DNA from: a virus
Lineage: Duplodnaviria; Caudoviricetes
IMG/VR virus record: IMGVR_UViG_3300032333_000288
Coordinates: 1-60,863 of that record
Length of the DNA stretch: 60,863 nt
Strand: one strand, 5' to 3'
Part shown: positions 39,623 through 47,520 of the stretch, in pieces
Position numbering within the stretch: the first letter of the stretch is position 1
Layout: each line of letters starts with the position of its first letter
Translations under genes and position numbers: made by a program
Notes under the pieces: model-generated
Databases searched by the model: none
Seen by the model: the letters and a program-made list of their open reading frames with translations, nothing else
Told to the model about the DNA's origin: nothing

Positions 39623-39643
39623 GAGGGCTTCTAGTATTCTGGT

Positions 39644-39760
39644 CGCCGCGACTACCTCTTATAGGAATCCTTCTTACTCTCTTCTCTTTTTTCTATAGGG
39701 TAAGTAAGTAGAAGAGTAGAAGAGTAGAAGAATAGGGTGATCTACATAGGTGGCCGCGGC
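39644..39760. repeat. AT-rich non-coding element with flanking inverted repeat and 3x AGTAGAAG
   Basis: gccgcgactacct and aggtggccgcggc (11/13 inverted match); AGTAGAAG x3 at 39707-39730. Confidence 0.7.
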
Positions 39761-39791
39761 CTTCCAGTCTGCTTCTGAACTGGCTCGAAAA

Positions 39792-40007
39792 TTACGCAGT
39801 TTGCGCGTTCAGAAGGGCCAGCAGCCCTTGCTTGTTCGTCTCGAACTCCACCTCTTCCGTTGTAGGGCTTGCGCCGTGGTTTTCAGCCTTTGCCGCAGTG
39901 CGTGCTTTCGACGCGTCGGACGCCGACGATTGCCAGGTCGCGACCTTGCGGAATGCGCCCTTGGGGTCGTCAGCGCCAGTGGTGAAGGAGGTCTTGTAGA
40001 GCTTCAT
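39792..40007 (-). CDS. Hypothetical protein
   Basis: Coupled ORF in the - operon. Confidence 0.7.
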   Translation of the reverse strand: MKLYKTSFTTGADDPKGAFRKVATWQSSASDASKARTAAKAENHGASPTTEEVEFETNKQGLLALLNAQTA

Positions 40008-40234
40008 GTGGGGGTGCCTTTCAGGCAGTGGTTGGAAAAATTGCGAGCGTCGCGCACGACGTTCGCGATGGTGTGGTCGGTGTTCTTGGGGGAGCCGGCC
40101 ATGGTGAGGGTGCGTTCTTCGCTGGTGGGTAGGCGTATCGTGAGTTTGGTGTGACCCTTGTGCTCTCGTCGCTGGACGATGCTCACCCCGATCTTGCTCA
40201 GCGCCCGTTGAACCTCACGGTCGAGCTTGTTCAT
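40004..40234 (-). CDS. Small basic protein, possibly HicA-like fold
   Basis: KGHTKLTI...TMAGSP...NVVRDAR pattern. Confidence 0.5.
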   Translation of the reverse strand: MNKLDREVQRALSKIGVSIVQRREHKGHTKLTIRLPTSEERTLTMAGSPKNTDHTIANVVRDARNFSNHCLKGTPT

Positions 40235-40503
40235 GCCGGGGTGGTCTCCAGCGGCATGGTGCACGAGTCGCCATCGACGACCTCGGGCTTGGGAATCCAA
40301 ATCCACGCCATCACGTAGGCGCCGCTGGGCGTCTCGCTGACGTAGGTGGGCTCGCCCAGCTCCAGCACACCGACCTCGTGGTGCTGCCGGGCCAGGACGA
40401 CGTAGGGGTCGTTCTCGTCGGCAACGAAGGCGTGAATGCAGTCGGCGAGCGTAACGTCTGCGTCGTCGAGCACGGCGCGGAGGTCAGCAGGCTTGCAGGG
40501 CAT
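40231..40503 (-). CDS. Hypothetical protein
   Basis: GGAG RBS, ATGA overlap, GAYVMAWIWI C-terminus. Confidence 0.65.
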   Translation of the reverse strand: MPCKPADLRAVLDDADVTLADCIHAFVADENDPYVVLARQHHEVGVLELGEPTYVSETPSGAYVMAWIWIPKPEVVDGDSCTMPLETTPA

Positions 40504-40759
40504 AGTTAGTCTCCAAAGTGAAGAGCGGGTAACACTCATCGAGCGCGCAGCGGACCAGGTGGGCGGGCAGGTAACGGCCCAGCTCGTGGTAGCCGAGCAC
40601 ATAGCAGAAGTGCCGCACCGGCTTGAGCATCAGCAGCGTCGGGCTGACGTCGGTGAAGACTCGCTCGACGACACCGATGTGCCGGTGCATCACGGGTGTG
40701 TAAGGGTCACGCTTCTCGTGTTCACCGACGACGACCAGTGTGCCGATTGCGGGGATCAC
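40484..40759 (-). CDS. Hypothetical protein
   Basis: GTGA-coupled ORF. Confidence 0.5.
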   Translation of the reverse strand: MIPAIGTLVVVGEHEKRDPYTPVMHRHIGVVERVFTDVSPTLLMLKPVRHFCYVLGYHELGRYLPAHLVRCALDECYPLFTLETNYALQAC

Positions 40760-40989
40760 GCCCGGTCCTTCTTCAGTTCGTAGCGGTCGTTGCCTTCGTC
40801 CGGTTCGATGAGCAGCGCAGCTTCGCAGACTGGACACTCGCAGCGTGAGTGCAAGGTCGTCGGGGCGTCCACCACCTTGCGCCAGCGGAGCAGCAGCTCC
40901 TGGATCAGCGGGCTGTAGATCGCCGCTTCCTCGGCCTTGGCTTCGAGCACGTCGTCAGGCATGCCGGCGTACTTGGTGACGGTGTTCAC
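40756..40989 (-). CDS. Small protein with CPVC zinc-ribbon-like motif
   Basis: CECPVCEA; coupled ORF. Confidence 0.6.
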   Translation of the reverse strand: MNTVTKYAGMPDDVLEAKAEEAAIYSPLIQELLLRWRKVVDAPTTLHSRCECPVCEAALLIEPDEGNDRYELKKDRA

Positions 40990-41363
40990 TTCAGGGCCTC
41001 TTCAATCGCTTGATAAGCAATGTTCATCGAGAGTAGATGCCCGTGATCGTCCGTGAAGTTGCAGCGACGCGCTTGCTCGACGAGCTTGGCCATCATCTCG
41101 CGGTACGCGCCCAGCTTCAGGATCAGTTTCGCTACGTCAATCGGCCGCGCGCCGGCCTTGGGTGCGAGCTGCCAGTCCAGGACAATCAAGGACTCGGTGG
41201 GGATGTCGGCGCAGGCATTGACGCAGGCGATGATGCGCTCGGCCTCGACTTTGTCTGCTTCCTTGAAGACGACATCGCCAGTGGCCGACATGACTTCCCA
41301 CCAGCCGCCGAAGCCAGTTTCAATGTGCCAGGGCGTCGGATAGTGTTCTCGTGGGGCATTCAT
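40986..41363 (-). CDS. Hypothetical phage protein
   Basis: PTPW...AERIIACVNAC..IPT motif typical of phage early genes. Confidence 0.7.
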   Translation of the reverse strand: MNAPREHYPTPWHIETGFGGWWEVMSATGDVVFKEADKVEAERIIACVNACADIPTESLIVLDWQLAPKAGARPIDVAKLILKLGAYREMMAKLVEQARRCNFTDDHGHLLSMNIAYQAIEEALK

Positions 41364-41365
41364 GC

Positions 41366-42265
41366 TTACGCCCCCGCCGGCCGCAGGCCCAGGTAGACCG
41401 GGTGGCGCGGCTTGTCCTTCACACCGACGGGGAAGGACTTGTACTTGATGGTCGGTGCGTCCACAGACGCGTCGCGCAAAGTGAACCACGTCCACCAGTA
41501 GCGTCGGTCTTCAGCCGTGAACCCAGTGCCGATGTTGAACTCGACCCCGGTCTTCGCGTCGCGCACGATGAGCGCGCCCATCGTGCCCTTGCCGGTGAGA
41601 CCGGCCTTCGCAGTGGAGCGCTTCGTGCGGCCCAGCTCATTTGTCTGCGCCTCGTTGCCGTTGTACATCTCTTCTTCGATGCCGATGACCACAGCCTCGC
41701 TGTCCACGAAGCGCTTGACCTTCAGCAGCTCGCCGCCCTTGGGTGTGGCGCGACCGAACTTGTAGAAGCCGGTCGGGCTGTTCACCATGACGCCCTCGTA
41801 GCCGGCGAGCACGCGGCTCGCCTCATAGGCGTCCAGCTCTTCGCGGTTGTGGATGATCGTGTGCTCGACCTGGACGACGTGCGGGTGGTTCAGCTCAGCG
41901 AGCTTCGTCTGGAGCAGCACCATGCGTGAGCTGAAGGGCAACGTCGGGTCGGCCCAGTAGTCGAACACGTACCACTTGAAATCGGGCGTCTTGTCGTCGG
42001 CCATGATGCCGCTGACGGTGTCGCGATAGCACGTGGGGCTGGTGGGTGGGCCGACGATCAGCTCGCCGTCCAGATGCTTGAACTTGGCGAAGTTGAACAT
42101 GTTGTAGACATGCCGGCTCGGGATCTCTTTGAGCGTGCGGCTGAGCAGCCGGCCATCGACGTTCGAGGCACGGATGCCGTCGAGCTTCGGGCTGAGGTAC
42201 AGCGGATACTCCAGCTTGTCGAGATCGGCAGGGCTGGCAAGCATGGGGCGGAAGGTGCGGCTCAT
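41366..42265 (-). CDS. lig: ATP-dependent DNA ligase (minimal type)
   Basis: Motif I SPKLDGIR, LDGEL, YVFD, EGVMV, LLKVK, OB-domain IGTGF, RHPVY. Confidence 0.95.
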   Translation of the reverse strand: MSRTFRPMLASPADLDKLEYPLYLSPKLDGIRASNVDGRLLSRTLKEIPSRHVYNMFNFAKFKHLDGELIVGPPTSPTCYRDTVSGIMADDKTPDFKWYVFDYWADPTLPFSSRMVLLQTKLAELNHPHVVQVEHTIIHNREELDAYEASRVLAGYEGVMVNSPTGFYKFGRATPKGGELLKVKRFVDSEAVVIGIEEEMYNGNEAQTNELGRTKRSTAKAGLTGKGTMGALIVRDAKTGVEFNIGTGFTAEDRRYWWTWFTLRDASVDAPTIKYKSFPVGVKDKPRHPVYLGLRPAGA

Positions 42266-42450
42266 GGGGTGTCCTCGATGACGGTGGGGTACTTCGCTTT
42301 GTCCTCGTCAGTGGCTGTGCCGGCGTCGATCCAGCCGATGCCAACCCACTCACGCTTCACGTTCCCGTCGATGACGACAGGGATGTTGTCCTCGTTGCCA
42401 GCGACCATCTTCCAGGTGGAAAGGTCGCTGCGTTTGACGGTGGCGCTCAT
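42262..42450 (-). CDS. Hypothetical protein
   Basis: REWVGIGWI; coupled ORF. Confidence 0.7.
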   Translation of the reverse strand: MSATVKRSDLSTWKMVAGNEDNIPVVIDGNVKREWVGIGWIDAGTATDEDKAKYPTVIEDTP

Positions 42451-42890
42451 GAGGTGATGCGCTTAGTGACGAGGGCGAGAGTGAGGCGTTGACAGGCGTC
42501 AGGATCACCTTTGTCGCCGTCGTAGACGAACCACTCACCGTCCTTGAACAGGTAGGCATACTCTTGGCCGGACTCGATGGCGAGGAAGGCTTCGACATTG
42601 GCGCTGGTCTTTGCCCCGCAGTCCTTCTCGTTGCGGTCTCGCCCATAGGCGACCGTGGTGCGCGGGGCCCTGTTGTCGTAGGAATGAGCTACGCCAGCAG
42701 GCGGTGTCAACTGTTCGTACAACGATGAGAGGTCACCCAAGGCGACGATAGCTTTGGCTGCGGTCAAGCTGTTGTGGTGCGTATGGAGCTGGTGGCCGAC
42801 GCCGGCCTCGACGTAGCCGTCGTTGTGACAGTACACTGACTTGACCTCGCCGCTGGGAAGTAGGTAGCCGATCCGAGAGCGTGTGCTCAT
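42447..42890 (-). CDS. Conserved-looking phage hypothetical protein
   Basis: MSTRSRIG...VYCHNDGY...GDLSSL...EYAYLF pattern. Confidence 0.75.
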   Translation of the reverse strand: MSTRSRIGYLLPSGEVKSVYCHNDGYVEAGVGHQLHTHHNSLTAAKAIVALGDLSSLYEQLTPPAGVAHSYDNRAPRTTVAYGRDRNEKDCGAKTSANVEAFLAIESGQEYAYLFKDGEWFVYDGDKGDPDACQRLTLALVTKRITS

Positions 42891-43114
42891 GTCTTGAGTC
42901 CTTGCATGACGCACCGCAATGCCTTGAGAGCGAGTGCGTCGTTGTTACGGGCCCGGCCTGTGACGAGGTTCATGGCGTCACTGGCACGGGAGAGGGGTGG
43001 GGTGAACGTGATGGGCAAGACCTGGGGGCGGGCCTTGCCGGTCTTCAGGTCGAAGACCTGAACTAGCTGCCAGCCTTGACTTCGAGCGGCGACGATTTCG
43101 TGGGGGTCGAGCAC
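42887..43114 (-). CDS. Hypothetical protein
   Basis: GGAG RBS before GTG 43114; ATGA overlap with the downstream gene. Confidence 0.5.
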   Translation of the reverse strand: MLDPHEIVAARSQGWQLVQVFDLKTGKARPQVLPITFTPPLSRASDAMNLVTGRARNNDALALKALRCVMQGLKT

Positions 43115-43512
43115 ACTTTCTCCGTGATCAAAGCGGCAAGGGCCTTGCGGGTGAGAATTCGTCGTCGGAACTCCGAGGCGGGCAAAGGAGCCCAGTAGCC
43201 AGGCGGAAGGTACACGCCGCCTTCTTTGCAGCCGACGATGACAGCCACGTTGCGCCCTTCGTTGGCCCGATCGGTACCCCACTCGGCTTGAAGGGCACTG
43301 AGGTCAGGGACGACTAGCGTGGCGTCGCGCTTGGGCAGCACGACGAACTTGTACTCGATCCAAAGATCGGCGGAGTCTTCACCCTTGCCGCTATACCAGC
43401 AGTCGAACACACCGCCGACATACTCGTTGTGGTTCTTCATCCAGTACAGCGTCGCACGGTCCAGGTGGGCGTGGACGCTGTTGGTGAAGGTGGTCTCAGG
43501 CTTTGCGGCCAT
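43063..43512 (-). CDS. PD-(D/E)XK nuclease (VRR-NUC/resolvase-like)
   Basis: E...GVFD...WIEYK...LSALQ motif order. Confidence 0.7.
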   Translation of the reverse strand: MAAKPETTFTNSVHAHLDRATLYWMKNHNEYVGGVFDCWYSGKGEDSADLWIEYKFVVLPKRDATLVVPDLSALQAEWGTDRANEGRNVAVIVGCKEGGVYLPPGYWAPLPASEFRRRILTRKALAALITEKVCSTPTKSSPLEVKAGS

Positions 43513-43942
43513 GGTTCTCGGCCTTCACCAGGTCAAGCTCCAGAGCCGCGAGAGCGTTCCAGGCGACCTGGGCGAGGTGTAGGCACTGAGTGTCTGCATC
43601 GACCTGTTCGCCACGCCCCAGAGCCAGCATATGGCGCACCATGGCGTCCATGTATCGCTCTTGCCCGTTGGGTACTTCCTTCCACCCGTTGGGGCTGTAT
43701 TTGATGGCCCCCTTGGTGGTCACGTCGGCCACTGCTGCCAGGGCACGCGAAAAACCGCCGACGCAGAGCCACGCTCGGATCTTGCCGGCGTCGAGCTTGG
43801 CGCCCGGGGTGTTGGCCGGCACGCCGAAGGGGTCGGCCTCGGCGCGTCGGTCGGATGGGTGGGGTAGCTCTTGGCCAGTGAGCATGGCGCACCACGGGGC
43901 GTGCTTGCCTCCTGCGACGATGCAGTTGCACGGCGTGCTCAC
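43496..43942 (-). CDS. dATP/dGTP diphosphohydrolase-like protein (DUF5664)
   Basis: GAKLDAGK...GAIKY...GW...RYMDAMVRH...HLAQVAWNAL. Confidence 0.85.
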   Translation of the reverse strand: MSTPCNCIVAGGKHAPWCAMLTGQELPHPSDRRAEADPFGVPANTPGAKLDAGKIRAWLCVGGFSRALAAVADVTTKGAIKYSPNGWKEVPNGQERYMDAMVRHMLALGRGEQVDADTQCLHLAQVAWNALAALELDLVKAENHGRKA

Positions 43943-44484
43943 GTCTTCACCTTCTTCCCGTTCATCGCCGCGAAGATCGCCTGGATGAGTTGCGCCTGGT
44001 AGATCGCGTCCTGCAAGGCGTTGTGGTGCGTGCCCAGGCGCGGCACGGACACGTTCTTCGCCGCCGGCAGGTTCTTCAGCGTGCGCAGGCAGCGGTTGTT
44101 CCAGAACTTCCAGGGGATCGGGACAGTGGTCTGGGTGTAGGCCAAGGCCAGCATGGGCTGATCGAAGTCAGCCCCGTTGCCCCACATGAAGCTGTCGGTG
44201 CCGCCGAGCCAGTCGCTGAATTCGCACAGCGCAGTCTCCAGGCTCACCTTGTTCGGTTCATGGAACACCTTCTGCGCAGCAGGCGACTGTTTCGTCCACC
44301 ACACCAGGGTGTCCTCCTGGATGCGGCGCTTGTAGTCCAGATTTGAGTCGATGCTGATGCAGCGGTAGAAGCCGCCATCGTCGATCTGGTTGGTGTCAGG
44401 ATCGAAGCGCACGGCCCCGATTGACAGGATCACCGCGTCAGCCACGGTGCCGAGAGTTTCGAGGTCAACGGAGACGTGATTCAA
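43939..44484 (-). CDS. DEDDh 3'-5' exonuclease
   Basis: VDLETLG, WGNGADFD, HNALQDA. Confidence 0.9.
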   Translation of the reverse strand: MNHVSVDLETLGTVADAVILSIGAVRFDPDTNQIDDGGFYRCISIDSNLDYKRRIQEDTLVWWTKQSPAAQKVFHEPNKVSLETALCEFSDWLGGTDSFMWGNGADFDQPMLALAYTQTTVPIPWKFWNNRCLRTLKNLPAAKNVSVPRLGTHHNALQDAIYQAQLIQAIFAAMNGKKVKT

Positions 44485-44493
44485 AGCAGCTCC

Positions 44494-44527
44494 AAAGAGA
44501 AGGGAGAGGCCCCGCCTCGTGGCGGGG
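44494..44527 (-). terminator. Probable terminator
   Basis: On the - strand: ccccgcc-acga-ggcgggg followed by a pyrimidine tract. Confidence 0.5.
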
Positions 44528-44549
44528 ACTGTCGAAGCGAACCGAACGA

Positions 44550-44942
44550 TCAGGCCGTGGCGGGCGCCGCCACCTTGGGGCCGCGCTTCGCCGGTTCGGC
44601 GGGCGTGGCAGCAAGCGCGGTGAGCTGACCGTTCAGCTTGTCGCGGCCCTTGCCGGCGGCGTCGAAGACCTTGGTGTGCTTCTTCGTCGCGGCGTCGAGC
44701 GCCTTCTGGGCGGTGGCGATCAGCTTGTCGCCTTCCTTCTGGGCGGCGGTCACGGTCTTGCTGGCCGTGGCGACCAGGGCGTCGGCCTGCTTCTTGGCGG
44801 CAGAGAGGGCCTTCGTCGCGGCTGCGACTTCGGTCTCACTGGTCTTGACGCCGGCGTTCACCAGCTTGAGGGCCTGCTTCAGGCCGGTCTCGGCCTGCTT
44901 CTTTTCGGCCACGGAGAGGATTTTCGAGGGAGCGCGTGCCAT
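44550..44942 (-). CDS. Ala/Lys-rich helical (histone-like) protein
   Basis: AAGGA RBS; repetitive ATA.K composition. Confidence 0.65.
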   Translation of the reverse strand: MARAPSKILSVAEKKQAETGLKQALKLVNAGVKTSETEVAAATKALSAAKKQADALVATASKTVTAAQKEGDKLIATAQKALDAATKKHTKVFDAAGKGRDKLNGQLTALAATPAEPAKRGPKVAAPATA

Positions 44943-45153
44943 GGAATTTTTCCTTGAGTTGGCGGTTGTAGGACAGCTCGTTGAGTCGGACTGCCCGGGA
45001 AATGAGACGGTCCAGGATGGACTGCCTCCGCTGGCTTGATGCCTCCAGGTGAAGGCAGGCCAACACTTCTTCTTCAGTCAGTTCGTCGAGTGTCGAGGTC
45101 AGGCTCTTGTACGAGACGAGAGCCTGGTTGATGTAGTACCGGCGAACTGCCAT
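44836..45153 (-). CDS. Hypothetical protein (3' end overlaps the next gene)
   Basis: LTEEEV...LHLE...RRQSILDRL helical motif. Confidence 0.6.
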   Translation of the reverse strand: MAVRRYYINQALVSYKSLTSTLDELTEEEVLACLHLEASSQRRQSILDRLISRAVRLNELSYNRQLKEKFHGTRSLENPLRGRKEAGRDRPEAGPQAGERRRQDQ

Positions 45154-45167
45154 GAAGTTTCAGTCAG

Positions 45168-45187
45168 TGAAGAGGGGCTTGCGCCCC
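45168..45187 (-). terminator. Possible terminator after the SSB-like gene
   Basis: On the - strand: ggggc-gcaa-gcccc followed by tcttc. Confidence 0.4.
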
Positions 45188-45191
45188 GGGA

Positions 45192-45974
45192 TCAGCGGCG
45201 CACTTGCGGGCGCTTCGGCGCGGCCTTGGCCGGGGCCTTCGCCACACCGTAGCCCGACACGTCGGGCTCGACAGCCAGCATGGCCTGCGCCTCGGCCTGA
45301 CGCCCGAAGTGGTCGCCTAGGTTCGGGTTCGGCTGCGGGTCGCTGAACACCAGCTTCGGGTAGGTCTCGTTGGCGTCCAGGCCCACCTCGACGACCACGC
45401 CCGCGGGCACGGTCTGGAAGGTGCGCGCGACGCCGGCTACAAAGCCGTCGAAGCCACGGATGCCGGTCGGGCTCACGTTGAGCTGCCACAGCGGGGTCTC
45501 GGCATCGCCATCGGGCGGCAGCACGGCCAGCGAGCGCTCGTTCTTGCACGCCTTGCCCTTGCCCTTCGAGCCGAACATGTTCATCGGGCAGACGGCGCAG
45601 CTCGCGGCTTGGGGCAGCGGGCTGTTCGGGCTGGGCACCAGCTTGAGCGGGTTCGTGCCGATGGCGAAGCAGACGGGCGACTCGATGTTGTTCGCGTCGT
45701 AGTCGTTCTCGTAGAACATGTTGCGCGCCACGAAGTCCACCACCACCATCGGCACGGGGCCGGGGGTTGCGGTGCCGTCGGGCATGGTCATCTTGCCGGC
45801 TTGCAGCTTGATCTTGCTGCCGCCGGGCGGGGCGATGCGGTCACCGAGGGCGGCGATCTGAGCGGCAATGGCCTCCTTGATGGAGACGACGCCGCCAGCG
45901 CTGGGCTTGCGGACAGCGACGGAGGTGGAGGCCGGGCCGTTGGCCTGGAGGGGTTGAGCTTTCTTGGTAGCCAT
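45192..45974 (-). CDS. ssDNA-binding/annealing protein
   Basis: PVCFA...CAVCPMNMFGS.GKGKACKN...LNVSPT; position in the replication module. Confidence 0.65.
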   Translation of the reverse strand: MATKKAQPLQANGPASTSVAVRKPSAGGVVSIKEAIAAQIAALGDRIAPPGGSKIKLQAGKMTMPDGTATPGPVPMVVVDFVARNMFYENDYDANNIESPVCFAIGTNPLKLVPSPNSPLPQAASCAVCPMNMFGSKGKGKACKNERSLAVLPPDGDAETPLWQLNVSPTGIRGFDGFVAGVARTFQTVPAGVVVEVGLDANETYPKLVFSDPQPNPNLGDHFGRQAEAQAMLAVEPDVSGYGVAKAPAKAAPKRPQVRR

Positions 45975-46001
45975 GTGTCGATCTTTCTTCGAGGTTCGAG
46001 A

Positions 46002-46472
46002 TCAGGTGGACAGCGTGCGCAGGTTGATGCGACGCTTGAGGAAGGGCATGACGCCCGGGACGTGCTTCTTCGCCGTCTTCACGTCGAAGTCAGCGCCTGC
46101 GCCGTTGAGAGCGGCCAGAACTTCCTTGTAGGCGGCGTCAGAGACACGGCGGTGGAGGAGATGGAAATACTTCTTCTTGGCGATGAACTCGTAGAAAGCC
46201 TTCCAGCCTTCTTCGCCTTGGACATCCGCGGCGACGCTGTACGTGAAGGACAGAGACGCGGCCTTGCCGGTGGCCTTCTGGAGCCCGTCGGTGTCCATGA
46301 CGGTCATCAGCTCCTCCTCGATCGCCTTCATGTCTTTGCCGAGTTTTTCGAGGGCGGTGTCGTGGACGCGCTTGGCTTCACGCAGCGCCCAGAGCTTGTC
46401 GATCAGAGTACCGACGGAGCGCGCAGAGGCGACCTTGACGGCGAGTTTGGGAGGGGCGGCAACAGCGACCAT
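46002..46472 (-). CDS. Replication-module coiled-coil protein
   Basis: AAGGAG RBS at ATG 46472; W.AFYEFI...LLHRRVS motif. Confidence 0.7.
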   Translation of the reverse strand: MVAVAAPPKLAVKVASARSVGTLIDKLWALREAKRVHDTALEKLGKDMKAIEEELMTVMDTDGLQKATGKAASLSFTYSVAADVQGEEGWKAFYEFIAKKKYFHLLHRRVSDAAYKEVLAALNGAGADFDVKTAKKHVPGVMPFLKRRINLRTLST

Positions 46473-46507
46473 GTGTTCGGGCTCCTTGAACGGATCGTTA
46501 GAGAAAG

Positions 46508-46536
46508 TGTAATCTAAGTTCGATCTTAGATGTCGA
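46508..46536 (-). promoter_or_regulatory. Near-palindromic copy of the recurrent motif adjacent to TACACT
   Basis: The - strand reads tcgac-atctaagatcgaacttagat-tacact. Confidence 0.6.
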
Positions 46537-46551
46537 AGGGTGAGAAAAATT

Positions 46552-46866
46552 TCAGGTGTGCACGCTCCACTTGTGTTCGAGGCCGGTCTTCTCCAGGCTG
46601 ACGGTGAGGGCCGGAGAGCTGCCGTCCAGAGGCTGGCCGGGGCCACTGTAGATTAGCCCGCCGTTGAACCAGCGGGTGCCGTCGGGTTTCTTCATGAGGA
46701 ACTCGAAGCTGTGCGGGGCGAAGTCGCGATGCAGCTCGACGGTGTTGTCACCTTCGCCGTAGCCGGCGAGGTAGTCGAGACGTTCGGTGAGCTGCTTGGC
46801 GCAGTTGTTCGCGACGGCCCACTGGAGGGTCATGAGAAAGTGGTCGGGGTCTTTGAACTCGATCAT
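46552..46866 (-). CDS. DUF4120-like protein
   Basis: DFAPHSF...NGGLIY...WSVHT. Confidence 0.6.
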   Translation of the reverse strand: MIEFKDPDHFLMTLQWAVANNCAKQLTERLDYLAGYGEGDNTVELHRDFAPHSFEFLMKKPDGTRWFNGGLIYSGPGQPLDGSSPALTVSLEKTGLEHKWSVHT

Positions 46867-46871
46867 GTCGA

Positions 46872-47447
46872 CTACTCCGCGCGTACGGTGAACCCGAAGG
46901 CCATCAGATCGGCCAGCAGGTTGGAAGTCGTCGCTAGTGGGTAGGGCTTGGCGATCTTAGGGATGTGCGGGGCCAGTTCAGGCAGGCGCTCCAACGCCTT
47001 CTCGACCGTGCGGACGCTGTTGAGCACGGCACGCAGTTGGCTCTTCGTTCGCAGGTACGCTTCAGCCAGCGCGGTTGCCTCAGCCGTCAGCTCCACGAAG
47101 TCGGCCTCGTGAACTTCGTCCTTGTGATGCGCGGTCGTGGGCACTGCGGGGTCGACCTGAACGCGATGCCCACCATAGTGCATGGTGGACTCGAATGCCT
47201 GATCGAGGATCTTGTGCGGGTTCCACTCTGCGTTGCCTGTCCAGACAGAGTCAGTCCACTGCAGCCACTCACGTGGCACCGTCTTTGAGAGGGCCACCAG
47301 CCCCGGAGGAGCGTCGCGCTCCAGCATGGCACACGCATGAGCACTAACGCGCTTCTCTAGCGCGTCACGTCGCTCCTGGAAAGTCGTCGAAGCGAGGACG
47401 CTGGAGACGATCTCGTCGATCATCGTCTTGTTGAGTCGTGTTGCCAT
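46872..47447 (-). CDS. Nmad5-like protein
   Basis: RLNKTMIDEIV N-terminus and LNSVRTVEKALERLPE C-terminus. Confidence 0.55.
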   Translation of the reverse strand: MATRLNKTMIDEIVSSVLASTTFQERRDALEKRVSAHACAMLERDAPPGLVALSKTVPREWLQWTDSVWTGNAEWNPHKILDQAFESTMHYGGHRVQVDPAVPTTAHHKDEVHEADFVELTAEATALAEAYLRTKSQLRAVLNSVRTVEKALERLPELAPHIPKIAKPYPLATTSNLLADLMAFGFTVRAE

Positions 47448-47520
47448 GGGTGTTCCTATTGAGTGATCCGTTGAGTGACGATGTGGAGGGCCGCTTTGCG
47501 GAGTTGATCTGAGCCATAGC

